64,000 bases of DNA, from the NCBI RefSeq assembly GCF_016433145.1, contig NC_058130.1:169334633-169398632 (forward strand), read 5' to 3'. The DNA is from Gracilinanus agilis (taxonomy: Eukaryota). The notes below the pieces were generated by a model that ran no database searches, was not told the origin of the DNA, and saw only the letters and a list, made by a program, of their open reading frames with translations. Shown in pieces: positions 25,691 to 38,759 of this stretch; within the stretch, counting starts at the first letter, position 1, and the number at the start of each line of letters is the position of its first letter. The position numbers and the translations under genes were made by a program.

Positions 25691-27294
25691 GATAGATGGG
25701 TAGTCAGGGTAATCTGGCGGTATGTGTCAGAGGCAGAACTTGAAACCATATCTTCCATACTCCAAGGCCAGCTCTGTCCACTTTACAGCACTGTATCACT
25801 TTGAAAAGAAACTTATGTTTATATAAAGCTTTATAACCTATTAAGCATTTTCTTTCCAAAAGCTCTGTAAGCTTTGGTGTACAATTATTAACTCCAGCCT
25901 TACAGATGAGAAGTCTTGGGTTCAAGTTGTAACTTATTGAAATTCACATCCCCAGTAAGAACAACTGGGATTTAAACCCAGATTCTCTGATTCCTAGTCC
26001 AGTGTTAATTCTACTATATCCATTTAATAACATCTGAGCCTCATTACTAACTTTTTCAGGGGAGAATGTGTTAGAAGTTATAGTAACTAATTTAGACAAT
26101 ATGAAATAGTAAACTGTTCGAGCTAGAATGGACCTTAAAAGTCATTTATTCTAACCCATTCATTTCATAGATGAGGAAACTGAAGTCCAAAGCAACTTTT
26201 TTCCCTGCCTGGTACACAGCCAATTAGTAACAGGACTAGAACCCAGATCTTTTGACTCTCAGTTTTTCTTCTGAGACTTTTATTATCTTTCCTCCTGTTT
26301 CTATTTTTGCAGCTATCATATGAGTGTTTTGTGTGTTTTTCTCTGTACATACTCAACGTGCACAGGGTTTCTTTTCACTATTGCTTCATCTCACCACTGA
26401 TCTGTCATTCTATTTCTTCACTATCAAACTTTTCCTCTCCTGCCATCCTATTTGCTCCTATCCTTACTTGGCTTACCTTTGTATAGCCTCATTTTACCCC
26501 AGTTGCCACTCACTGCCCTCTTCTTTTCTCCTATTTGACCACCATTCCTAAAATTGCCATAAAACCGTCTTTGGCCCATGCGTGATGCATGGTATCTGGC
26601 AGGTGTATGCTACATGAACTCTGAAAGATTTTTTAAGGTAATTTTTAATGTGTGTGTGCATGTTAGGGGTAGGGAGGAAACAGGGGAAGAATGGGAGGCA
26701 GTTACCTTGGGTATATTTCTGAGTAGAAAAACATAGGATTAAAGGTGGGAGGAAGAGACATGATTGGGAGATGTGCCTAAGTGAAACTTCCTTAGGAAGT
26801 TTTGGTCTGTGTGAACCTAAAATATTTAACAATATACTTGTTCCTACCTCCCCTCCCTGACCAAGCCTGCCTCAGGCAGCAAAAGCACATCACACACATC
26901 ATTGGGTTTATGCAATAAGCATGCAAATATTGTGCTTGGGTTATTGAACTACAAACTTTGTATGATGCCAACAGAGAAAACTCTGTCCTTGTTTTCATAA
27001 AGATGGACTAAATACATATTGGCAAACATTCATTATCAGATGAGCCAACTGAGCAATTTTCTACTTCCCAATAAGGTACTACTTGGTACATTAAAGAGAA
27101 GATTCTATTTGACTTTCCTTAGAGAAGAAAATGACCATAAAGAAAGGCTTTTATGGGTGAAGAATAGTCAGTCTCCCTAAATCAGAAAGGGAAAAGAATT
27201 AGAAAAGAACCACAAGTGTTATTAGAGAATCATATGTCAGATGTTCTGAAAGCAGAGTACCATTTAATAATCAGTATAATTCCTTTTAACTTAG

Positions 27295-27377
27295 AGCGAA
27301 CTGAAAAATTACCCATGGGCTCCATTAAAAATGTGGTCAGTGAACCTATTGAAGGACATGAAGATTACCACATGATG
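27295..27377 (+). CDS. UBFD1: UBFD1 exon 6
   Basis: RTEKLPMGSIK...EDYHMM; ATG|GTAAG. Confidence 0.96.
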
Positions 27378-29139
27378 GTAAGTAAGCTGCTGGCTTAGTA
27401 ACAGAATCTATTTAGCCTTTAATTCCATTGAATTGACACTTGGAATTTTGTCCACAAAGAAAGAGAACTCTTGAGTCCTCAGAATGGGCTATTATGGACC
27501 CGTTGTGTTTCATCTAATCCAACTTCGTGAATTTGTTCGAGGGTGACCCATTTCTGTTTTCTCCCACATTAAGTCCTATTGTTACAGAGTAGACAGATTT
27601 TTCCAGTTGTCTCATGGGATATGTGTTTACTAACCCTTGTATTTGCACAACTTTGCTTTAAGACCAAATAAATAGAAGTGAAGAGTAGCATGGCTTGGGA
27701 ATTTTCACTTTCAAGTTTGAGCCAAAAATAAAACACTAATTTGGTATAAGGAAGTACTCCAAGCAGTCAAGTGTTTGCAATGCTGCTAAGGTATGTCTTT
27801 TTTTTTTTTTTTTTTTGCAATCTTCAGACAACAGGGATGTTGCTATAAGAGTTAAAAATGCATAGCAGTATACTTTTCATGTGATTTTGGGAATTTAAAC
27901 AAACCTTTTGTAGATCCATGTTTTTTGTACCCAGACACTAATTCAAAATACTTCCTTGAATCCAAATGGATTTCTTTGAAGGAGGAATCATAATCAACTG
28001 AAATGAAGGATAAATAAAGTAATTGCGTAGCTCATTTAGGCAAATCCTCCTCTGTTTTTTTGGAAATGTTCTGAGGAAGAGCTACTGAAATAATGGTTAC
28101 AGAACCAGGTTTCTTCTTTATGAAGATTGGGGTCCAAATCATGGTAGAGAGAGAAAAGACTGACTTTAAATGTTTCCTCCAAATTCCTTTGGCATTTGTC
28201 AGTTTAGATAGGACCCAAATAAGTGGGAGGTTTTTGTTTGGTGTTTTTTTTTTGTTTGTTTGTTTGTTTTTTTGTTTTTTTGGTTTTTGCCTCCAGATCT
28301 TCACATAACTTAATTGTAGAGATTTTTTAGGATTTTTTCCAGCTGTAACCTCATAAATGTAGCAGTATCAGCCCCTATCCCACTGAAGGAATAAGGAAAA
28401 AAATACACGTGATTCAGCAAAGAGTGTTTTTTAAGCCTTTGTATTCCTGTGTGATCTGCCTATTGTAGGATTATAGAGTAGGGAGAGCAACCTCATCATG
28501 AGTGCTTTGTGCTTTCATTCTTTCTATCTTCCTTCAGCTTCCACTGCCACCATAACACTGGAAGAAGAATAGGGCTTGGATTGAGCTTCAGGGACCATAC
28601 ATTTGGTATCCATTCCTCTTCCCCCTGACCTTTGATCAGTTACTTGGTGCTAGGTGAATTGCAGAGCCACTAATTAGCTTTGTCACCTTATCAAGGAATT
28701 GATTTGGAGCCAGGTCTGCCCTTGGTAACTTTTAAAGTCTTGTAGTAAAAGTGATTTTTTAGTATTTCAAAACATTTCAAAGATGGCTTGAAGTCTTACA
28801 TGCATTTAAATTCAATGACACCAGATTAGTCATCCCTGCCTAAAAATCTAGTATATTGCCATGAAAAAAAACCCTAAGTCTGTGTTTCATTTTTCTTGCT
28901 GTTTTGAACATATTATATTTGACCCAAAAATTCTACCTTTCTTAATCTAGCCAAGAAAGACTTCTGGAATATTGAGTCACAGGTCAAAAAAGGAATTTAT
29001 CCTTTTTGAATTTTGTTGGAAGGAGAGTGATTCATTGTTACTGCATAGTCAGAAAAATGTGTTCCACAATGTGTTAGGATCCTGCCTCCTTGGTGTCCCT
29101 GGCTCTGAAGTACTGCTTGGTTTCCTTTTTCCCTTTCAG

Positions 29140-29250
29140 GCATTTCAGTTGGGTCCCACCGAAGCCTCTTACTACTGGGTGTATTGGGTTCCAACTCAGT
29201 ATGTGGATGCAATCAAAGACACTGTGCTGGGAAAATGGCAGTATTTTTGA
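29140..29250 (+). CDS. UBFD1: UBFD1 exon 7 (terminal coding part)
   Basis: AFQLGPTEASYYWVYWVPTQYVDAIKDTVLGKWQYF-TGA. Confidence 0.97.
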   Translation, partial: AFQLGPTEASYYWVYWVPTQYVDAIKDTVLGKWQYF

Positions 29251-29488
29251 AAGCACTTTCACCTCTGGCACAGGAGACTGACCCAAAGTGAAGGACATTG
29301 CTGGGAGAGGCCTGCAACATGCCCGGATTTCATAGTCCTGGAACTTTTATTAATTCGAATCTGAGGAGATATTGACTGAAGCCAGAGGTGATGTACTTTC
29401 ACCATTAGTTTACTTTTAACTTAAAATTGCAAAATCCCTTCCCTTCAGTCAGCTTCAAACCATATTTAAAGTGAATACAGTGGAAATC

Positions 29489-29494
29489 AATAAA
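29489..29494 (+). terminator. proximal polyA signal AATAAA (UBFD1)
   Basis: AATAAA 238 nt after the stop; GT-rich tract ~20 nt downstream. Confidence 0.5.
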
Positions 29495-32400
29495 TCTTAA
29501 TTCAGAACGCGTTGTGTGGAATACTCTTAAGTGTTCTGAGAGTAGATCTGCCAATTTCGTTTAAAACAAAAAAAGATCAAAATATATATCTGGGTTTTTT
29601 AATGTGATTTGAACTAAAAAATATTTTCATAAATCTTTAGTTGCAAATGGTTAATTTTGGCTGATTTGTTGTGACAGAGTTTGAGGCACTTTTTTTTTTT
29701 TAATTTTCCTACATATAAACTGTAAATGGTATGCAAAGTGGGGGGAAGGGGGGCTAGTAAGCCATATTTTTCTGGCCTTTGGTTCAGATTTGACCTGAAC
29801 CCTCCCCTCCCTCTCAGCCTTCTCCATCTTCTTTCCCTCCTCTCAACCTCCCTCAGCAGAATCAAGCTTTTAATTTTTATTTGTAAATCCAAAGATGACT
29901 TATTTTTCCTCTTCTTTGTAATTCACCACCCCTTCTCTTTTCATTTCCTGTGATCATTTTCATTCTTTCTGTTGATGCTGACTGATCACACAGTGGGGGG
30001 TGGGAGAGAACACACCATTGGATTTTAAGCATCAAATCCTAGAGATGGTCGTTTCAGGGCATAGTGACCCTAAAATCACTCCAATCCCTCATTCTTTCTT
30101 TTTGAAACAGCTGCTCTTGGCAAAACATCTTGCCCTGAGGTTCCAGATTCCCATACATGTCGGCTGCCACCTTATTGTAGCTAGCAGAATTGAGCAGCAG
30201 CCCTAAAGTTTCTTGAACTATCTTGGGTGTGACTGATCCATTGTCATGACAATTTGTAGCAGAAATGAGAACCAAGAGTCCCGTTCAGTTGCAGGGTTTT
30301 CTGACATGGCCTGTTACTTTTTTGTGCTGTTTCATTTGGCCACTATAGTAAAGAAGAACTGGGTTTCATTCATATAAAACTCCCTGTCAGGTGGCAGTGA
30401 ACTCAGCTACATTCCTATTTTTCTTTGGACATTATTTAAAAAAAAAAAAACTTAGGAAGTCTAACTGTAACTTTAGTCATGCTTCCTCTTTCTTTTTTTG
30501 TCATTCTGCCCACCAGCCATTAAGTTCAAGTGTCCTTTATCTCAGGTTCAGTCACACTGACCTTTTCTACCCTGGAAAGGTGCTTGCCATGAGTTGAAGA
30601 TATTTAAAAGACAAGACTGACCCCATTGGACCAGCATAGCAAGAATTGCCCTTCTCACTTATGTCCCTTGTGCTCCTGGTATATTTGGTCACCATTTTTT
30701 GATGGATTGGTAACTTCTGAAGCGAGAGGGAAAACTCCTGTGCTTCTTTCCCTTTGCTATTGTTGTCTTTGAAATCCCTTCCTATCAGATGCAGGCCACT
30801 GGGCTAGGTCTCCAAGCTTAACCTGTCAGCAGCGGCACACCTGACCTGCAAGTTTCAGGTGGCCCCCTTCTCAATGTGTAGAATATATTTTAGTGTGTGT
30901 TTTTGACTGAGAATGACTATGCAGTGTAAGCCAGTTGTGAGAGCTATTCTGTACCCTTCATGTCTAATGTGTATTTTGGGAGTCCAGCTTACACAGGAAG
31001 AATAATCTGCTGCTTATTATATTGCAGTTGTTCCTAAGTTATTTAATGTATAGGAAAATCATTTTATCGTCAGTAAGGGCATAAATATTGTATATGTGTT
31101 GGAAGTTTCTTGGAAACTTTGTTTCCATCCTTTGAAAGTAGCAGTAACTGCATCATTTGTATATCCAATTGTATATCAATGTTCCATCTCCCTGGCAGGG
31201 AGATAGCTATGGTATATGAAGGAAAGATGTGTATGTCCTACTTGTCAGCAGCCCATCAGTGCTGCATTATACAGCTCTGCAGACCAAATGGTAACATAAC
31301 AGCTAGCATTCTGGCATTAGCATGGTCTTGGTTTTAACTTTCTCTTTCTTTCTCTCTCTCTCTCTCACTCATTTCTTCATCTAGTAATGTCATTTGAATA
31401 GGCATTTATTAAAACTTGTTACGTGTAAAGCACTGTGCTAGGCATGGAGTAAGATATGGAGTTGGTCCTTGTCCTCACAGTTCTCATAGTCTAGTACTCT
31501 GCATTTTCCTTTTAAACCCCACCCCACTTGCCTCTTCTAAAAGGGGGAAAAAAATCCTTTTCTATATCCTGCTTGCCTAAAATAATGCTTTCAGAGCTCC
31601 AATGGCATCTGTTGTTCCCCTTTATACTGTGAATGGTTCATGCTTTGGTGCATCACCTCCATCCAGCTGAGCCATAGTATTAAAATTGTTCAAGTTGTTT
31701 TCTATATTCTACCATGTTCCTGAAAACCAAACTGCTTATCTGCCTATGGTCAGTACACTAAAGCAGGATTTAAGTTTGGATGAGTGGTTTTATTTTGTTG
31801 AGGTGTATGTGTGTGTGGCTTTTTCTTTTTTCTTTTTTTTTTAAGTGAAATGGTGCTTTTTCCTCTAGAGATAATTATTACATATTATATTACAATAATG
31901 TAAGTTACACCTTTTTCATATAGAGCTGTTCGTAAGAGCCAGAGGTTTTAGAACGCCTATTACAAAGCTTCCTGTATTTGGTAAGAGAACATTGTAGAAT
32001 TGTCTTAACTATACGGATGAGGGTTTGTATGTAGCTTTGGGAAAAGATCTGACTCAGGGAGAAGAGAACTAGAACTTAAGGGAAGCTGTGAAAAAAGGTG
32101 TTTGATTTAGGTCTGTGCCCTTTTTGGCATTCTCTATTGATATGTGTTACCACAAAATCAATTCTGTTACTGGCCTCAACAGGTTGATTAAGCCTAGTGG
32201 TTTGTTTGTTTTTTTAATCAGTTTATATACAAAGTAGAACCACAGCCCCCTCCCTCTTAGGGGTAAGATTATCATTCCTTTCTTAGGATTATTTCTAGAG
32301 CAAATTCTTATGCCTTCTTTCTCTTCCCATCCCCCTCAATCATATGAGAAAAAAAAATCTGCCTTTTCTGAGTTTGGTTAATTTCCTCAATGCAGTGAGG

Positions 32401-33702
32401 TAGATGTAATAATATAAAGAAAGGAGAATGGTTTAATCTATACTGGCTTCAAATTTTGTTTTGTTTCCTCTCTTTATCTTTCTCTCCCCCATCCCTGATT
32501 AGAGGGGGAAGGATAGTGAAAGCTATGTAACAGAAGCAGATTTTCTTGGAAATAGAAGAATAGAAATACATTTATAATTTGAGAGGCTGGATGCTCTCCA
32601 CTTGATAGCCCATTCATTTCAGAGATTCTTACATGCTTCCTGTGCTTTCTGTTCTTTCCAGAATATTGATGTCTGACCCTCTACTCCTGTATGTCATTTC
32701 TTAAAGGCACAGAACTTTGGTGAGGGCATTTTGTAAGAGGACAAGATACTGCTACTTTTCATTCTGTCTCATTTACCCTGTTCAAGTCAGCCTAGAAACA
32801 ATAGAATCTGTAGAATTTGGAGCTCTTTGGTGTTAAGTGAATCTCTTACTCAAATATGGAACTTTTCCTGGTAGCAGTAGCACATTTTAAATGAAATTGG
32901 ACTAAGCTAAGGATGCACTTTGTTGTAATGCTTGGGAACAGTCTTAGCAAGATGAATTAACAGAAAGCTAAGCCTTCTGTCTGTAATGAGTATGATGCCA
33001 TGATTTTACATAGACTTCTTAGGGAGTTGCTGCTTTGCATTAAAGGGCCAAAGAGATGAACTTTCCCACATTGCCACATCTGTAAAAAGTTGCCATATTT
33101 CTACAAGAACTCGAAATTCTTGTTCTCGCTCTAAAAATGTATCTATTGAAGCAAATCTGAGTGTAATGCCTGAACTCCCCTCCCCCTTGTTTGGTGTGCC
33201 AATTAAGCAGTGCAGGGCGGCTTTTCTTTGAACAGTCACCGTCCACAATTCCTTTTTTTTCTCCCCTGTCACTGATCTTACTCATCCATCTTGTCTTAGA
33301 GAAAATTTTTTCTGGGTGTCATGGGGCTTAGTGATACAGAAATTCATCTCCTGATAGATTTGGTTCCTCTGAAAGGGTCAGGAGAGCTGTGGTGATGCAG
33401 CACTTGATGGCTTTACCTTCTAGGCTAGGTGTGGCTTCAGTGATTGTGATTTCTGACTGCTTTCTTACTTTCTAAGCAACTTATTTTTTATTTTGCAAAA
33501 AGAACTTCCGCTGCAGAATTATTTGAAAATGAAATAGACATAAGTACCACATAGGTGGTATTTTATTTTATTTTTAAATAATCAAATGCTTGTTTGGGGG
33601 TAAATGAAAAATATTTAGTCTATTAGATTTGCACTGCTGGATTTTTTAAGTGTAATCTCTACTGGTTATCTCATTGTTTATTCTGTAAGATTAGTCTTAC
33701 CA

Positions 33703-33708
33703 ATTAAA
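33703..33708 (+). terminator. distal polyA signal ATTAAA (UBFD1)
   Basis: ends a 4.4-kb repeat-poor tract; TGTA upstream, TGTGTCTTTGATTTGTTTG downstream. Confidence 0.55.
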
Positions 33709-35204
33709 GTTTGATAATTAATTCTGTGTCTTTGATTTGTTTGTTTATCTTCCACAATGAGGAATAAACTGGATGTACTTCTGTTGGTAATCAAACTCTC
33801 CCAGCAACTGAGTGAGTCCAAATCAAGTCATCAAGGGAGACAAATGGGGCGAGAGCCAGCTTTGACTAACCATGTTCTAGTAAGAGAAATACACTATATA
33901 TATGTATATATGGGAGCATGATCATTATTTATTTAGAGTGTAGGATAGCTATATCCATTCGATAGTTAAGTACTATATAATTAATTGTACTTAATGTATG
34001 CCTACTAGATGCTTGGGATGCCTAGTTAATTGATACTGTTCTTGTGGAATTTAAGTCTAACTAGGTGCTAAAAGAGGAGAGAGATGAGATCAATCAAATA
34101 TTTTGGGCCCTTATAGAGAATCTAGCCCATCTTCAGACTGGCTTCACTTTGAACTCAGTCCAACTTGGGGGAAATATTTAAGACCTTTAACCCCATTGGG
34201 TTTATTGATTCTTATTTTCAGGTAAGATGGAAAAATAACCACCTGCCTAGATATAGTCTGCCTCCTCAATATATCAGTCAAGTTTTCAAAATATCTTACA
34301 ACAACTTTCAAGTAAATTTCATTTACTTTTATTCATAGTGTATACTTAACACATGTCTGGTAATTGTACTTTTTTTCCCCTTGTTCTTTCCAAAGGTCTT
34401 TATTTCCAAGTGTGACATTACATCATTTGGCCTTGACTAGCTTTTAATGATCTTCTGAAGTTGGCTAGCCCAGTCCTAGTAATTGCAAGAGTGAATTGGA
34501 GAAGGGAGGTGGTTGAGTTAATCTTTGAAGCTTTTCCTGAAGAAATGGGCTTTTGACCTGTGATTTCATTCTTTCCACAAGTATTTGAGCATCTCCTGTG
34601 TGCATAACCCTGTGGTGGACATAAAAATTAAAATCATAGACCGCCAAAATGTGTTTAATGTGTTATATGTGTGAAACAACTACAAGGTAACAACATATAA
34701 TTCAAACATTTTTGAAGCTTTAGTGTATACCAAATGATTATTGGGGGAGGGGAGGGAGGTACAGAATTCAGGTGACAGTCCCTCCTTCCCTCATAGTCTG
34801 TGATGCTGTCCTGCTTACAAGAGAACTGGAAATGCAAAATAAAGAAGAGACCATTGTGGGATTAGTCAGGAAAAATTTCCTTGATCAGGTGAGTTTCAAG
34901 CATTGTGTTAAACCTAAAGAACAGTATGGGATTCCTTCTCTGGTTCCAAGGGACAATTTATAAAAGGACATGACTTTCTTCCTAGACAGAGCCCTAGTTG
35001 TCCTTAATAGCTCCAGAAAACTTCTTTGAGAAGATTGGTAGGTTTCATTGGGTGGTGTGGGATTTCTGGTATTAAATGTTGCATGTGCTACCAGACCCGG
35101 TGATATTTTGTTGGTTTTACTTTTATTTTCCCTTTGCTAGTAGGTAGGGGGAGGCATAGATCTAAAAATGGCTATTTTTTTTTTAATGCCTGGGGGTGGG
35201 GGGA

Positions 35205-35400
35205 TAGGCAGCTAAGTAGTTCAAGGGATCGATAACCGTGCCTAGACAGGAAGTCCTATCTGTCCTCAGATACTTCCTAGCTTTGTGACCTTGGGAAAAA
35301 TCACTTAATCTCTATTGCCTAGCCCTTACTGCTCTTCTGCTTCGAAACTAATACATAGTATTGGTTCTAAGACAAAAGTTGAATTGGATTGTTTTTTTTT
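35205..35400 (+). mobile_element. SINE1_Mdo-like SINE
   Basis: head, CORE and tail. Confidence 0.8.
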
Positions 35401-36156
35401 TTTAATGGCATCAATAAAACTTAAATTGTTTCCAAATACCAGATATTAACATATGGTTAAAGGGACTACAGATTGAAAAGGGGCAGATAATTTTCTCTAT
35501 TGATATTTTAACCTCATACTTTGTCAACCGTACTCTATTTCTCCAATCCTTCTAAATATAACCTCAGACTACCACTACTAGTAATAGTAGATTTATATAG
35601 CACTTACTGTGTGCCAATCACTGTGCTAAGTGCTTTAAATAACATCTCTTGATCCTCACAACAATCCTGGGAAGTAGGTGCTGTTATAAGCCCCATATTA
35701 CAGATGAGGAAACTGAGGTTAGTTGACTTGCCTGTGGTCAAGGAACTAGTAAGTGTTTGAGACCAGATTTAGACTCAAGTTTCTGAGTCCAGGCCCAGCC
35801 CTTAATCCAATGCACCAATATTAAAGGCCTTCATTAACTAGTCATCAGCCTTCCCAATTTCTTCTGTTTACTAATCAATTACATGTCTATGCTTGACTAG
35901 AATGGAAAAGCTATCCCTTTACTATGTGACCCTTCCTCTCCACTTTCTCTGTTGGCTCCTCTTTGTCCTCTTACCCCCAACACACATACTCCCTCTCTTC
36001 CAAGATCCATTCTTATCTTTTCAACTGGCCCTGTGCATATATATAGTTTTATAATTACTAGAAAAGAGGTGCCTAGAGTTCCCATATATAGGAAGAAAAT
36101 GTAGCATTCCTTTCCCCTGCCTGCCTTTCTCCTTTAAGAGATCTTAAAACTGGAAT

Positions 36157-37560
36157 TGTAGGGTAAATGAAATCACAAGTGGTGCCAGCTAATAACTAAC
36201 TGCAGGTTACACAGTCTGTTCCCATATTCTGTTTGCCACAGTAATCTGAATTTAGGGATGCACTGAAGTTTGGTACCTTTGGTTTCATATAAATACCCAA
36301 TTTTTGACTTAAAATAAAGATTACCCTGTTCCACTTATCTCCTACTTCAGCCTGCTTCTATGCAAGGTTAAGAAAGGATCTCAGTTTGAGCTGCAGATTG
36401 TAATGAAATCACTTTCCTTCCCCCCCTCCAGGTCAGTCAGAGCTGTCAGCATGACCCCCTCCAGTCGACTAGCAGCACTTTATTACCAGAAGCGGTCTCC
36501 GAATGTGACTAACAGGGAAAGGGATGGGAGGTGGATCCTGGACAAGGACAGACTCAAGGGATGAGACCTCTTCAGTTTGCACAGACATAGGGCATTAGAA
36601 GGGCAGGATCAGGATCCATATTATCACAAAGGGACTAGAGAGGGGGAACAAAGATATCTGAATCCTAGACACCAGATTGAGGCCCCAGCCTTAGGGTTTG
36701 AGGAGGGAAAGTGGAGAACAAGTAATTCTTTAAATTCCCAAAGAAGTGGGTCAAATGAAAAATGTCAATAGGTTCAAAAAGGTTTGATTATCATAAAAGG
36801 GCAGATTTACAGGGGAATTATTAAGGAAAGCTAGGTGTGTTTGGAGGACCTTTTAAACTTCTGAGATTAATGTCAGGGAAGACAAAAAAATGCCTCTTGC
36901 AGAAGCTGAATCTTACATACCTGTAAAAAAAAAATTTTGGTGAACTTTAGGGTGCAGTTGGGTTGAACACTGTATTTACTTGGACTTCCCTGGGTAAAGG
37001 GGGGAGCAGATTTAGCAGCAAACTAATTGGGGCAAGAGGGCATCAGTACAGAATGATGGGGCACAACAAGCCAGCCATGTTATCAGCTTTCCTAACTGAC
37101 TTTTAGAGTCTGGACTTGCCCAAAAAAAATGGACTAATTAGCATATTACAAGGACTCCTCCAGGTAAACAAGTTGACATATCTGGGGTCTTGAATAAAAC
37201 CAGACAATATGCTAGAATCCTAGACAGCTTTAAAGATTAAATTAAAAGAGCTTAGATAATGCATTCTCTGTAACAGTTTTCATCTTTATGTACTGGTAAT
37301 TTTATCTTTGAGTCTGTATTCTTTTCCCTCATAAATAAACCCTAGAAAACACCTTGTTGTGGTCTGGAATGTATAATGAGAGTAGAAAGGAAAAGTAAGT
37401 GAGGGATGGATTTGATCAAGTAGCAATATTAAAAAGGGGGGCATGTAATCAGGATTCAGATGGAGCAATTTCCCTAAAAGAACTACCACTACCAACAGGT
37501 TCATGGGTGAAGAGACTTGGGTGGGGTTAGTGATCAGAGGAGACTAAGACAATGCTAGAA
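36157..37560. mobile_element. degraded LTR/ERV-like tract
   Basis: two related starts TGTAGGGTAAATGAAATCAC and TGTAATGAAATCAC; TATAAA ~36289, AATAAA ~36314. Confidence 0.35.
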
Positions 37561-38234
37561 TGCTATTTTCCAAACTATTCTGTCTCCTTTGGTTGGCTTG
37601 TGCCACCTACCTTTCCTCCTTAGGTGTCCACCTGCCACCCAATTCTCACATATGGCTCCAAGAAGCTGTAGCATGCCCAGCAGCCACAGCCCTGTAAATA
37701 ACAGGCCTCAGATCTGTCGAATTGGGGGGTGTCTCAGGCATGTGGAGACCAATGAGAACAATTTGTCCCAATGGCTCAGGCAGGCTGGATCCTGGAGCTT
37801 GGTTAGACATCGAAGAAGCTAAGATTATCCACTACATCCTGAGCCAAGACCAGTCATCTTAACTTTTGCTAGTCTCTGGACTTTGATAACTGAAAGAGTA
37901 AGGCAGACAACTGCAACTCTGCTTCACTTAAATCCAATTTATGTTCCAATCCAGAGATATCCCCAGTGATGCCATTTCAGTTCCCTTCCAGTATGAAGGA
38001 CAACCTACCTACCACTTGCTTGGAATGTGCTCCCTCCTCACCTCTGTCTCTTAGAATCTTTAACTTTCCCTTCCAGGCTTAGTTCAGGTATTGCTTTCTA
38101 GGGGAAACCTTTCCCAACCACACCTCCACCCCCAACTCCCTAGTTCTCTCATTTTCTCCAACTTTTCATTGTATAATGTATCCTCTACACAAAATGTAAG
38201 CCTCTTGAGGATAAATAATTTATATTTTCTCTTT

Positions 38235-38420
38235 TTTAAACCGTACCTTCAGTCTTAGAATCAATATTCTGTTGGTTCCAAGGCAGAAGAGCTGCAAGAG
38301 TGAGGCATTGGTGGTTAAATGACTTGTTCAGGGTCACATGAAGTGTCTGAAGTCAAATTTGAACTCGGGACCTCCCATCTCTAAGCCTGGCTCTCAGTCC
38401 ACTGAACCACCCAGCTGTTC
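38235..38420 (-). mobile_element. SINE1_Mdo-like SINE
   Basis: reverse-complement consensus. Confidence 0.85.
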
Positions 38421-38759
38421 CTGGTTTCTTCTACCGAGGTGCACATCAAATTAGCTCCTGGTCCCTTCCTTTTCTGTACATCTCCCCTCCACCTTCCTGC
38501 TTCCCCCCAGCAAATCAAATGGCTTCATTCTCTTTCCCTCCACATGGTTGTGACATTTTATCCTAATGATGGAATTTCAAATTATTCTGGGCAGCGTTGC
38601 TGCTAATCACTTTGGCCTAGCATCAGACACTTTTCCCTGAGAATTGTATTGACCTCTTCCAGGCTTCCCCTTAACCCTGATTTACCTGTAGGAGGTGTTT
38701 CTGGAAGAGAAGGCTCCCAAGGTGATGGCTCAAGTAAGAAAACCAGGTGACACAGATTT

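Larger units (their letters stand above)
20112..29250 (+). other. UBFD1: UBFD1 gene span (start to stop codon), ubiquitin family domain-containing 1
   Basis: join of 20112-20136, 20583-20891, 22094-22302, 24068-24133, 24355-24460, 27295-27377, 29140-29250 = 909 nt; ubiquitin-like domain LKIIWNK...KIMVVGS, C-terminus DTVLGKWQYF. Confidence 0.97.

Noticed and set aside
29781-29801. GGTTCAG...CTGAACC hairpin in the UBFD1 3' UTR (also the palindrome at 30241-30252)
   Set aside because: Short stems are expected by chance in 4 kb without covariation evidence.
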